From Myxococcota bacterium (GTDB taxonomy: Bacteria; Myxococcota; XYA12-FULL-58-9; JALHOP01), in the NCBI GenBank assembly GCA_041288095.1, contig JBGGMJ010000023.1, positions 1-31,348 on the forward strand: 31,348 nucleotides of DNA, written 5' to 3'. The translations under genes and the position numbers were made by a program. This document shows positions 16,425 to 24,600 of this stretch, piece by piece; the first letter of the stretch is position 1, and each line of letters starts with the position of its first letter. The notes under the pieces are model-generated. The model did not search any database and had not been told where the DNA came from. It was given only the letters and a program-made list of their open reading frames with translations.

Positions 16425-17687
16425 ATGCCGAAGATACTGGTCGTGGATGACGACCGCGCCGTGCAGACCATGCTTGTCGATCTGCTCGAAGAGCGTGGCT
16501 ACGAGGTCGATACCTCGCGCAATGGGCGCCAGGCGCTCGAACGTCTGCGTGAAGGCGACATCGATCTGCTTTTGCTCGACGTCCTGATCCCGCACATCAA
16601 CGGTTTCGCTTTGCTCGAGCAGCTCCGCGGCGATGCCGAGCTCACCGACCTGCCGGTCATCATGATGAGCGGCATCTATCGCAGCCGTAACCACCGCAGC
16701 GAGATGGCGCAGCGTTTCGGCGTCATCGAATATCTCGACAAGCCGCTCCAGCCGACACAGCTCTTGGGCCTCGTCGAAGACGCGGTCGGCCCCGGTCAGA
16801 AGAAGCGCCGCGCCACCGAGCGTGACGAAGTCTCCGTCGTCGAGGAGCCGCCGCTCATCGAGCGCTCGAGCGCCGCGCCATTGTCGGCGCGTGAAGAACG
16901 CCTGGTCGAGCCCGAGGCCCGCGAAGAGAAGGCCGAGGTCGAGGCGGCGGCGCGCGAAGAGTTCAAGCCGAGCGCCTTCCTCCTGCAGGGCTCCATCAAG
17001 AAGACTCCCGTCGCTCCCGTCTTGGGCAAGCTCTGGCGCCAAAAAGAGACCGGCGCTCTGCTATTGCGGAACGACAAGGTCAAGAAGATCATCTACATGG
17101 ACGCCGGTGAAGTCGTCGCCGTGAAGTCCAACCTGGTGAGCGAGTGCTTGGGCCGGCTGCTCGTGCGCGAGCGCCTGATCACGGCCGACCAGTGCACCGA
17201 ATCGATCAAGCGCATGAAGAGCTCGGGCAAGCGCCAGGGCCAAGTGCTCGTCGAAATGAACGTGGTCACCGACAAGAACCTCCAGTTCGGCCTCGAGATG
17301 CAGCTCGAGACCAAGCTCTTCGAGGTCTTCTTGTGGGACGCCGGCGAATACCGCTTCAACTCCTCCATCGCCCCCGAGATGCGCGACGGCATTCAGATCG
17401 AGTGGCGCGGCGGCGCCCTGATCGTCGAAGGCATTCGTCGCGCGTTCGACGAGACGCGCTTGCGCTCGATGATGGTGCCGATCCTCGACGTCCCGCTTAC
17501 CTACCGGGATCCGCAAATCGACCTGCGCGGCCTGCGCTTCAGCAAGCCCGAGCTCGACGCGCTGCAACTCTTGCGTGACGGCCGCACGACCCGCGAGCTC
17601 CTGGGCACGATGCCGCTCGACCCGCCGGATGCGCTGCGCGTCATCTACACGTTGATCGCGCTCGACCTGATCATTCCGCGCACCTAA
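16425..17687 (+). CDS. Response regulator: REC + DUF4388-like domain with degenerate MshEN-like repeats
   Basis: KILVVDDD, LLDVLIP, KP in the REC domain; LQGSI...P...L.....TG.L.L....KK.IY...G; LG.LLV....IT..Q repeats; F.W..GEYRF. Confidence 0.8.
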   Translation: MPKILVVDDDRAVQTMLVDLLEERGYEVDTSRNGRQALERLREGDIDLLLLDVLIPHINGFALLEQLRGDAELTDLPVIMMSGIYRSRNHRSEMAQRFGVIEYLDKPLQPTQLLGLVEDAVGPGQKKRRATERDEVSVVEEPPLIERSSAAPLSAREERLVEPEAREEKAEVEAAAREEFKPSAFLLQGSIKKTPVAPVLGKLWRQKETGALLLRNDKVKKIIYMDAGEVVAVKSNLVSECLGRLLVRERLITADQCTESIKRMKSSGKRQGQVLVEMNVVTDKNLQFGLEMQLETKLFEVFLWDAGEYRFNSSIAPEMRDGIQIEWRGGALIVEGIRRAFDETRLRSMMVPILDVPLTYRDPQIDLRGLRFSKPELDALQLLRDGRTTRELLGTMPLDPPDALRVIYTLIALDLIIPRT

Positions 17688-18133
17688 GGGAGCGGAAATT
17701 CCAGGTGCAGGTGCGTGACCGCTTCGGCGGTCGCCTTGCGGAGCTTCTCGGCGACTCGGTTGCGGTGGCAGGTTTCATGATCGGCCTCGAGGCAAAGGAG
17801 GCAGACGGTCCCGTGGGCCATGAGCTCTTTGGCGCGCTCGAAGTCCGCCTTGGCCTCGGCGGTGGCGAGCTGCTCGTCGACGATCTTCCAGAAGGTCTTC
17901 ATGTCGCCGCGCTTGTTGGCCTCGCGTCCCTCCTTGGGCGTGCCGAGGCCGCGCAGGTGCTCGTAAGCGATGCCCTCGGCGGCGAGGGCCAAGCTCAGCG
18001 CCTTCTTCGAGAAGCCGGGCCTCCTGCTCGCCGGGAGCTCACGCACGTCGATGAGGGTTTTGACCTTCACGCCCTTGAGCGCCTCGAGGAGCGTCTTCGG
18101 GGTCGCGCGCTCGTAACCGATGGTGAAGATCAT
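17684..18133 (-). CDS. DUF488-family protein
   Basis: IFTIGYE, LIDVR..P.SRRPGFSK..L...L...GIAYEHL..LG.P, CLLCLE.D...CHR; ATG 18133 overlaps the kinase stop (ATGA). Confidence 0.88.
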   Translation of the reverse strand: MIFTIGYERATPKTLLEALKGVKVKTLIDVRELPASRRPGFSKKALSLALAAEGIAYEHLRGLGTPKEGREANKRGDMKTFWKIVDEQLATAEAKADFERAKELMAHGTVCLLCLEADHETCHRNRVAEKLRKATAEAVTHLHLEFPLP

Positions 18134-19401
18134 GGCGTCGGAAGCCTCACGCTGAAACGGGCACCACCGAGCGTTGGGCTCTTGTCGGCGGTGATGCTGC
18201 CGTTGGCGGCGGTGACCAGGCTCTCGCATACCGAAAGGCCCAGGCCGGTGCCAATGCCCGCGGCCTTGGTCGTGAAGAAAGGCTCGAAGACTTTTGGGCC
18301 ATGCTCCGGGGCGATGCCGGGCCCGGAGTCGTCGACGGTGATGAGCGTGGCTTTGTCTTCCACGCTCGCGGCGATGACGATGCGTGCGTCCGCCGGTACG
18401 GCATCGAGAGCGTTGAGCGTTAGGTTGAGCAGCACCTGGGTAAGCGAGTCGGTGCTCATGGCGACCTGCTCGGTGCCCACCTTTGTCGCGACGGTCACGT
18501 TCTTCTTGCCGGCTTGCGGCTGAACGAGCTTGCGGACGTGCTCGGCGACATCGACCACCAGCGCGGTGCCGGCGACGCCGCTCGGCGCGCGCGCATAATC
18601 GAGCAAGTCGCGGACGGTCCCTTGGATACGCGCGAGCTCGCGCTCCATCCGCTGGAGCGCATCGTCGCGTTGGGGCTGGGGCAGGCTCGGGTCGCGAAGG
18701 GCCGAGGTGTAACCCGTGAGGACGGCCAAGGGGTTGCCGATCTCGTGCGCGAGCCCAGCGGCGAGCCGCCCCACCGCGGCGAGTCTTTCGGCGCGCACCA
18801 AGCGATCACGCGTCTCCTCGAGCTGGCGATGGGCGACGGTGAGGTCGGCGAGCTGCTGCTCGATACGGCGGCGGTCGGCGAAACTTTGCTCGATGGGCTG
18901 CAAGACGCTGCGGCGCATGAAGCCTAGCGCGATGAGCGTGATGAGCCCGGCGGTGAGCGCGACCAGCGCCAGCACCCGCGGCTGCCGCGCCAGCACCATG
19001 TCGATGGTCTCCTTGAGCGGACGCGACGCAATCACATGGAGCCACGGCTTCGCGGTCGTCCGCATGGCGAGGCTTTCGTAGCCCTCGGCCACCAGCGGCG
19101 CGCTCGCGAACACGTACTTCGCGAGCTGAGGCGCGGAGTGACTCTGCACCAGGCGTCCGTCATCGCCGACGAGGGTGATGACGATGCCGTGCTCCGCCCC
19201 CATGCGCGCGACGTAGGGCTCGACCTGCGCGAGCGCCGGCAGCTCCGCGGCCACTCGCGTCGCGACCCACGCAAGCTCGTGCTGTCGCTGGCGCGCCAGC
19301 GTCCGCTGACCGTCGAAGATATAAAGCAGGTCGAGGATGATGAGCCCGACGAGCGCCGCCACCATGAGGCTGAAGCCGATGCGTGCCGAGAGCGCGTTCA
19401 T
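18130..19401 (-). CDS. Membrane sensor histidine kinase (NtrB-like; positional equivalent of Myxococcus PilS2)
   Basis: Two TM helices, ERLAAVGRLAAGLAHEIGNPL (H box), QVLLNL..NALDA, DSGPGI, FEPFFTTK..G.GTGLGL; ATG 19401 overlaps the pilD stop. Confidence 0.9.
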   Translation of the reverse strand: MNALSARIGFSLMVAALVGLIILDLLYIFDGQRTLARQRQHELAWVATRVAAELPALAQVEPYVARMGAEHGIVITLVGDDGRLVQSHSAPQLAKYVFASAPLVAEGYESLAMRTTAKPWLHVIASRPLKETIDMVLARQPRVLALVALTAGLITLIALGFMRRSVLQPIEQSFADRRRIEQQLADLTVAHRQLEETRDRLVRAERLAAVGRLAAGLAHEIGNPLAVLTGYTSALRDPSLPQPQRDDALQRMERELARIQGTVRDLLDYARAPSGVAGTALVVDVAEHVRKLVQPQAGKKNVTVATKVGTEQVAMSTDSLTQVLLNLTLNALDAVPADARIVIAASVEDKATLITVDDSGPGIAPEHGPKVFEPFFTTKAAGIGTGLGLSVCESLVTAANGSITADKSPTLGGARFSVRLPTP

Positions 19402-20216
19402 TGGACGAGCGGCAAGAGCGCCGTCGCGATACGCGTGGGGATGTCCGCGAAAACGTCCGGCACGAGCATGAGCTCGTAGGTCGCGAGCGCAAGGAACGGT
19501 CCGAACGGAATAGCGCGCGGGTGCGGCACCCAACCATCGTCGCTCGCCGGCTGCGGCGCGGTCTTGTGTCCGCCAGTGGCGATGACGATGACGCCGATGA
19601 TCGCGCCTTGCGTCGCAGCGAAGAACAAAGCGGTCACCGCCCCCATGGGCCCAAGGAGCAAGCCCATGAGGGCGAGGAGCTTCACGTCACCGAGCCCCAG
19701 GCCTTCGCGCTTGGTGACCTTCAAGAAGGCCCACGCGAGGGCCCAGAGCATGAGCGCCGGTGCGAGCCCGAGGAGCGCCGCCAGCCAGCCGATGCCACCG
19801 GGCAGGAACGAGCCGGCGAGCGCCCAGCCCATGGCCGGATAGGTGAGCACGTCGGGAACCCACCAGTGGTCGATGTCGAGGAAGACGATGGCGAGGAGAA
19901 TGGCCGCGATGGGAAACCATACGAGGAGCTGCCAGGTGAGCCCGAGCTGTACGTAGGAGGCCGCGCCGATGCAGCCCATGAGCAGCTCGATGAGCGGATA
20001 GCGCGCGCTGATCGGCGCCTTGCAGTTGCGACACTTGGCGCGGAGCACGACCCAGCTCACGAGCGGTATGTTGTCGTACCAAGCGATCTGCTTTTGGCAA
20101 TTGGGGCACCGCGATCGCGGACTGACGACGGACAGACCCTCGGGTAGACGGCCGATGACCACGTTCAAGAACGAGCCGACGACGGCACCGACGACGCCGA
20201 AGTAGAGGGCGAACAT
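19398..20216 (-). CDS. pilD: Prepilin peptidase / N-methyltransferase
   Basis: GSFLNVVI.RLP, PRS.CP.C...I.WYDNIP..SW..LR.KCR.C..PIS.RYP.IE, catalytic FLDID and GLGDVKL, IPFGPFLA. Confidence 0.96.
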   Translation of the reverse strand: MFALYFGVVGAVVGSFLNVVIGRLPEGLSVVSPRSRCPNCQKQIAWYDNIPLVSWVVLRAKCRNCKAPISARYPLIELLMGCIGAASYVQLGLTWQLLVWFPIAAILLAIVFLDIDHWWVPDVLTYPAMGWALAGSFLPGGIGWLAALLGLAPALMLWALAWAFLKVTKREGLGLGDVKLLALMGLLLGPMGAVTALFFAATQGAIIGVIVIATGGHKTAPQPASDDGWVPHPRAIPFGPFLALATYELMLVPDVFADIPTRIATALLPLVQ

Positions 20217-20238
20217 CCAGTCCGCTATGGGGAGTGCT

Positions 20239-22020
20239 TCACTTGAAATAGTCGTATCCCTCGTGCTCGAGCCTGCCGACCGCGCCGTCGCAGAGCCTGG
20301 GGTCGGCTACCTCCAGCTCGCAAGCGCCTCGTAAACAAGGGACGCAGTACGGAACTCGCGCCAGGCCATCCATGAATGCCTGATGGGCTCCCTGCTTGTC
20401 TCCCTTGGCGAGGAGGTCCTTGCCCCGTGCGAGGTAGTACACGGCGTACTCGGCGAAGATCTCTTTCGTGTCGACATAGTCCGACGAGCCAGCGCGATAC
20501 ACCGGCGGCGTCGGATTGAGCGGCGGCACGTCCGCGATAACAGACCCGGCCCCAGCCGTAAGGGCGCGACCGACGGGGTAATAAGTCGTCTTGCCGCGCG
20601 GAGAGGTGAACGGCATGACGTGGGTGATCGAAAACGCCTCCATGTTGGGCGCGAGGAACTGCGCGTAGATGTCCATCTTCACGCGCGTCCGCACCTTCTC
20701 CTCGTCGTAGTACAGGTGTGGCCAGCGCTTCTTCGCTCGCTCGAGGAGTCGCCGGTCGAAGGTCATGGAACGCGGCAGGATGAAGACATCGTCATACCCG
20801 GGCTCGGTCGCCTGCACGTATCGGGCGCCGAAGAACTTGGTGTCCGAATCGACGATGACGATGGCTGGAGTGCGCTGGCTCACGGCCGTCTTCAGGAGAT
20901 TGCGCATGTACTCTTCGACGACCACATCGCGGCGCAGCCCATAGGTGTCGCCGATCGCGCACTGGACCAGCGCAAGCAGCGCCGTCGCCAGGAGCAATCC
21001 GTGCTGAAACGAAACTCTCAGCGTGTCGACCGATGCGGTGACCGCGAGCGCGGTGAGCATCAGGATGGGTAGCAGAAAGAAGCGCTCGCGCAGGAGCACG
21101 GCGTTGCTGTCGTCACCTGCCAAGTTCATGCGCGGGACGAAAACAAACAGGTAGAGAGCAAGACAGCCGAGCAGGACCCACCAGCTCTGGTGCTCGCGCA
21201 TCGGCCGAGCCTTGGCGGCCCCGAGACCTAAGAGCGCCAACGCCGGGAGGCCGAAGGGTCCAACGGTAACGACGAGGTCGCGAGTCACGGCGCCGATGTT
21301 CGCGACACCGCCGCCGGTGCTCAAGTTGAAGGTACCGTAGTCACGGCGAAGGAAGTGATGGAGGACACCACGGAAGCTCGTCACGCTCCCCCAAGAGTTC
21401 ACGTGCTCCGTATCGAGCAGAGGCAACGACGCATAGAGCGCGACGGAAATGGCTGCGCCAACGAGGAGCGCCGCTCCGCCCCGCAAGCGATTCGGCTCCT
21501 GCCAGACGATGAGCAAGAGCAGCGGCGCGAGAAAGACGATCGAATGGTGATTGCCCGCGGCGAGCCCGAAGACGGCGGCGGCGACGAAGGGTCGGGTCTT
21601 GCTCGCCGGCGAGAAAGCGAGCGCGATGAGCGCGGCCGCGAGCACCTGGTTGAGCCCGAAAACGTCGGGAAGCACGGCGTAGCGCCAGATCGCGGGCAAG
21701 GAAGCCATGGCCGCTATAGCGGCAACACCAAGCCAGCGGCGGCAGACGCGAAGCAAGAACGCGGCGGCGCCCAGGGCGCAGATCGCGGTGATCAGCGCCG
21801 CGCGAAAGAAGACCGTGCTCACGGGCACGGCCTTCATGAGCGCGTGATAGAGCCAAACGTAGAGCGGGTAGCCGGGCGCGTGCGGGACCGTCAGCCCCCA
21901 CGCACTCGTGACGAGCTCACCGCTATCGAGGGTCTGCACCGCGTGGGGCAGGCTCGCGAAGTAGATCGCGGCCAACGGCAACAGCAGCCACCAGCGGTAC
22001 CTCAAGAAGCGGTCACTCAA
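20239..22020 (-). CDS. DUF2723/TMEM260-like GT-C glycosyltransferase, copy 2
   Basis: TM followed by QTLDSGELV.......HAPGYPLY, F.RAA, PDVFGLN, GL..GNHHS, HFLRRDYGTF.L, RERFFL; C-terminal helical region and PYCVPCL...C. Start uncertain; TTG 22020 overlapping the upstream stop region is assumed. Confidence 0.85.
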   Translation of the reverse strand: MSDRFLRYRWWLLLPLAAIYFASLPHAVQTLDSGELVTSAWGLTVPHAPGYPLYVWLYHALMKAVPVSTVFFRAALITAICALGAAAFLLRVCRRWLGVAAIAAMASLPAIWRYAVLPDVFGLNQVLAAALIALAFSPASKTRPFVAAAVFGLAAGNHHSIVFLAPLLLLIVWQEPNRLRGGAALLVGAAISVALYASLPLLDTEHVNSWGSVTSFRGVLHHFLRRDYGTFNLSTGGGVANIGAVTRDLVVTVGPFGLPALALLGLGAAKARPMREHQSWWVLLGCLALYLFVFVPRMNLAGDDSNAVLLRERFFLLPILMLTALAVTASVDTLRVSFQHGLLLATALLALVQCAIGDTYGLRRDVVVEEYMRNLLKTAVSQRTPAIVIVDSDTKFFGARYVQATEPGYDDVFILPRSMTFDRRLLERAKKRWPHLYYDEEKVRTRVKMDIYAQFLAPNMEAFSITHVMPFTSPRGKTTYYPVGRALTAGAGSVIADVPPLNPTPPVYRAGSSDYVDTKEIFAEYAVYYLARGKDLLAKGDKQGAHQAFMDGLARVPYCVPCLRGACELEVADPRLCDGAVGRLEHEGYDYFK

Positions 22021-23818
22021 GGTAGTGGTACTCGCTTTCTTGCAGGTCCTGGAGCGCCTGACCGCAGCGCTCGTCGTGTTGCCCATCGAGAGTGCAGAAG
22101 TTCTTCAGACACGGGATGCAGTAAGGCACGCGCATGAGACCGCCGAGAAAGGCGCCCTTTGCCCCCTCGGCGTCGCCTTGCGCGAGCAACGCCTTGCCGC
22201 GCGCCAAGTGCTGGACGGCGTAGTCGGCGAAGAGCTCTTTCGTCTCGACGTATTCCTTGTTGTCCGCCCTGAAGACCGGAGGGCGTATGACCACGGGCGC
22301 ATCGGCGATGGCGACGCCCATTCCGGGCTCGATGCGTCTACCCAGTGGATAGAACGTCGTCCTCCAGCTCGGATTGGTGACGGGCACCACCGAGAGGACG
22401 GCGAAGGCTTCGAGGTTGGGAGCAATGAAACTGCGAAAGACACCGCGGCGGTCGCCTTCGAAGATCTCTTTCACGTCGTAGACGAAAGCGGGCCAGCGCG
22501 CCTTCATCTTCTCCAGACGGTCGACAAGGAAGATGTTTCCCATGCCGAAGAACGTGACGTCGTCGTAACCTGACTCGACTGCCTTCAAATAATACGACGC
22601 GAAGAGCTGAGTGTCCGTTTCGACGAGCACGAGGGCGGGCTTGCCGGTGCTCTTCGCCGTGTCCAGGAGGTTGCGGACGTAGTCTTCGACGACCGTGTCC
22701 TCGCGCAGACCGTAAGCGTCGGAGGTGGCGACTTGCACGACGGTGAGTAACGTCATGGTGCCCGCCAAAGCGGTCATTGCCCGAGGCACCCGGCGTGAAA
22801 CGACGACGACACGCACCGCGAGCGCCGCGAGCAAAATCATCGGAAACAAGAAGAAGCGCTCGCGTACGCCATCGTGGAGCGCATGCGCCCCCGAGTTCAT
22901 CCGCGGAAAAAACGCCGCGATGTAGGCGATGAGGCAAGCCAGTGCGAGCCACCACGTACGCTGCCCTCGCTCCTTCCAGGTGCCGGCGTATTGCGCGCCA
23001 CCGGCGACGATGACCACCACGGCGGCGACGCCGAATGGACCGCAGGCGCGCGCGAAAGCGCCGAGGACCCAGCTCACGTCCGCCTCGGTCTGGTAGCCGC
23101 TGAGCTGGAAGGTCCCGTACGAGCGCCGGAGAAAATGGTCCACGACGTCCGCGGGGCCGCGCAGAGTGGCCCACGCGGACAGGGACGCGCTATCGAGCGC
23201 CAGGAGAGACGCATAGAGGCCCACCGTGATTGCGCACCCCGCCGCGAGCGCTATGCCCGCGCGAGCGCGGGACGGCTCCTCGAGCGCGACGACGAGTAGC
23301 AGCGGTAACAAGAAGATGATCGACTGATGATTGGCGGCGCCCAAGCCGAACGCCATAGCGGCACCCCAAACCCGAAGGCGGCTCGGGCCCGCGAAAGCGA
23401 ATGTGACCAGTGCCATCGTCAACAGCAGGTGCAAGCCGAAGACATCCGGCAGCACCGCGTAGCGCCAAACGAGCGATGTCGTCCCTACCGCGGCCACCAA
23501 CGCGACAGCGATCCACGAGCGAGCGATGCGCAGCAACAGAGCCATCGTCGCCAGCGCGCAGAGCGCGTTACCCAGAGCCGCGCGATGAAACACGCTGCCC
23601 CACGGGCACAGCTTCATGAACGCGTGCTGCAACCAAACGAAGAGCGGATACCCCGGCGGGTGCGCGAGCGTCAGCTTCCAGGCGGCGGCGACGACCTCAC
23701 CTGTGTCGAGCGTCTGGACGGTGCTCGGCAGAGATACGCAATAGAGGACGGCGAAGCCCACGAGGAGCAACCATCGCAGGCGCCACGCCCGCGGCTCGTG
23801 TGTGTGCTGCTCCTGCAT
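22013..23818 (-). CDS. DUF2723/TMEM260-like GT-C glycosyltransferase, copy 1
   Basis: QTLDTGEVV.AA..L.LAHPPGYPLF, PDVFGLH, GL..ANHQS, HFLRRSYGTF.L, RERFFL, PYCIPCL...C; colinear with the downstream paralogue. Start ATG 23818 assumed. Confidence 0.87.
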   Translation of the reverse strand: MQEQHTHEPRAWRLRWLLLVGFAVLYCVSLPSTVQTLDTGEVVAAAWKLTLAHPPGYPLFVWLQHAFMKLCPWGSVFHRAALGNALCALATMALLLRIARSWIAVALVAAVGTTSLVWRYAVLPDVFGLHLLLTMALVTFAFAGPSRLRVWGAAMAFGLGAANHQSIIFLLPLLLVVALEEPSRARAGIALAAGCAITVGLYASLLALDSASLSAWATLRGPADVVDHFLRRSYGTFQLSGYQTEADVSWVLGAFARACGPFGVAAVVVIVAGGAQYAGTWKERGQRTWWLALACLIAYIAAFFPRMNSGAHALHDGVRERFFLFPMILLAALAVRVVVVSRRVPRAMTALAGTMTLLTVVQVATSDAYGLREDTVVEDYVRNLLDTAKSTGKPALVLVETDTQLFASYYLKAVESGYDDVTFFGMGNIFLVDRLEKMKARWPAFVYDVKEIFEGDRRGVFRSFIAPNLEAFAVLSVVPVTNPSWRTTFYPLGRRIEPGMGVAIADAPVVIRPPVFRADNKEYVETKELFADYAVQHLARGKALLAQGDAEGAKGAFLGGLMRVPYCIPCLKNFCTLDGQHDERCGQALQDLQESEYHYLE

Positions 23819-23843
23819 CGGCACCAAAAGACTACTCCGGCGA

Positions 23844-23891
23844 GTGACGGAGTTTGTCACCGCTGGGGTCGCGGGCGACAGTTTTTGTCAC
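23844..23891. promoter_or_regulatory. Two tandem palindromic enhancer sites (probable PilR binding sites)
   Basis: GTGAC-GGAGTTT-GTCAC (23844-23860) and GCGAC-AGTTTTT-GTCAC (23875-23891), both with a 7-bp spacer, 31 bp apart, upstream of the sigma-54 box. Confidence 0.7.
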
Positions 23892-23941
23892 CACGCGAAT
23901 CGCTAGACGGCTTAGCTAAGGTTTTTTGCCTAAGTTGTCGT

Positions 23942-23958
23942 TTGGCATTACGGTTGCT
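23942..23958 (+). promoter_or_regulatory. Sigma-54 (-24/-12) promoter of pilA
   Basis: TTGGCATTACGGTTGCT: GG at 23944-45, GC at 23956-57 (GG-N10-GC), close to consensus TGGCAC-N5-TTGCW; about 90 nt upstream of the pilin ATG. Confidence 0.9.
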
Positions 23959-24047
23959 CACAGGAGCAGCCGAGCACGGACGTGATTCACACGACGCGCA
24001 CTTCAATTCTTCACATCATCGGAACTGCTGTCAGGAGCACATCGACA

Positions 24048-24533
24048 ATGCGCAAGCTGCAAAAAGGATTCACCCTCATCGAGCTCATGATCGTCGTAGC
24101 GATCATCGGCATCTTGGCGGCTATCGCCATCCCGAACTTCGTCCGCTTCCAGGCAAAGTCGAAGCAGTCGGAAGCCAAGGCAAACCTCAAGGCCATCTTC
24201 GTCGCCAAGAAGTCGAACTTCGCCGAGAACGACACCTTTGCTTGCAACCTCTGTAACTTCATCCCGGAGTCGGGCAACCGCTACACCTACAACGGTGGTG
24301 CCTCGAGCTACGCTTCGCAGAAGCCGGCATCGACCTACACCGGCGCGAGCGTGACGAGCGCCGCGGAGACCGCGACGAGCTTTACCGCCACCGCGATGGG
24401 CAACGTCGATACGGACGCCACCATCGACGGCTGGGAGATCAACGATCAGAACGCGCTCTGCAACGGAACCCGCGGCTCGGCGACCGCGTGCAGCACGGCG
24501 ACGCCGCAGCCGGCTGACGACGTCAGCCTCTAG
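24048..24533 (+). CDS. pilA: Type IVa major pilin (copy 1)
   Basis: AGGAG site at 24033-37; [54 protein letters not shown] and GNVD.D...D.W.I motifs typical of Myxococcus-type pilins. Confidence 0.95.
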   Translation: MRKLQKGFTLIELMIVVAIIGILAAIAIPNFVRFQAKSKQSEAKANLKAIFVAKKSNFAENDTFACNLCNFIPESGNRYTYNGGASSYASQKPASTYTGASVTSAAETATSFTATAMGNVDTDATIDGWEINDQNALCNGTRGSATACSTATPQPADDVSL

Positions 24534-24546
24534 TTCACCCGTGAGT

Positions 24547-24578
24547 GGAAAGGGCGCGTCATGGAATGCGCCCTTTCC
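24547..24578 (+). terminator. Stem-loop after pilA1 (terminator or attenuator)
   Basis: Perfect 11-bp inverted repeat GGAAAGGGCGC-N10-GCGCCCTTTCC starting 13 nt after the pilA1 stop; only a short U tract. Confidence 0.75.
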
Positions 24579-24600
24579 TGCTTACTGTGAGGGGTTGGCC

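Noticed and set aside
23982-24047. Longer pilin leaders from the ORF track (also 24541-24600)
   Set aside because: Ribosome sites and 7-aa type IVa leaders support ATG 24048 and 24601; the extensions cover the UTR and the hairpin.
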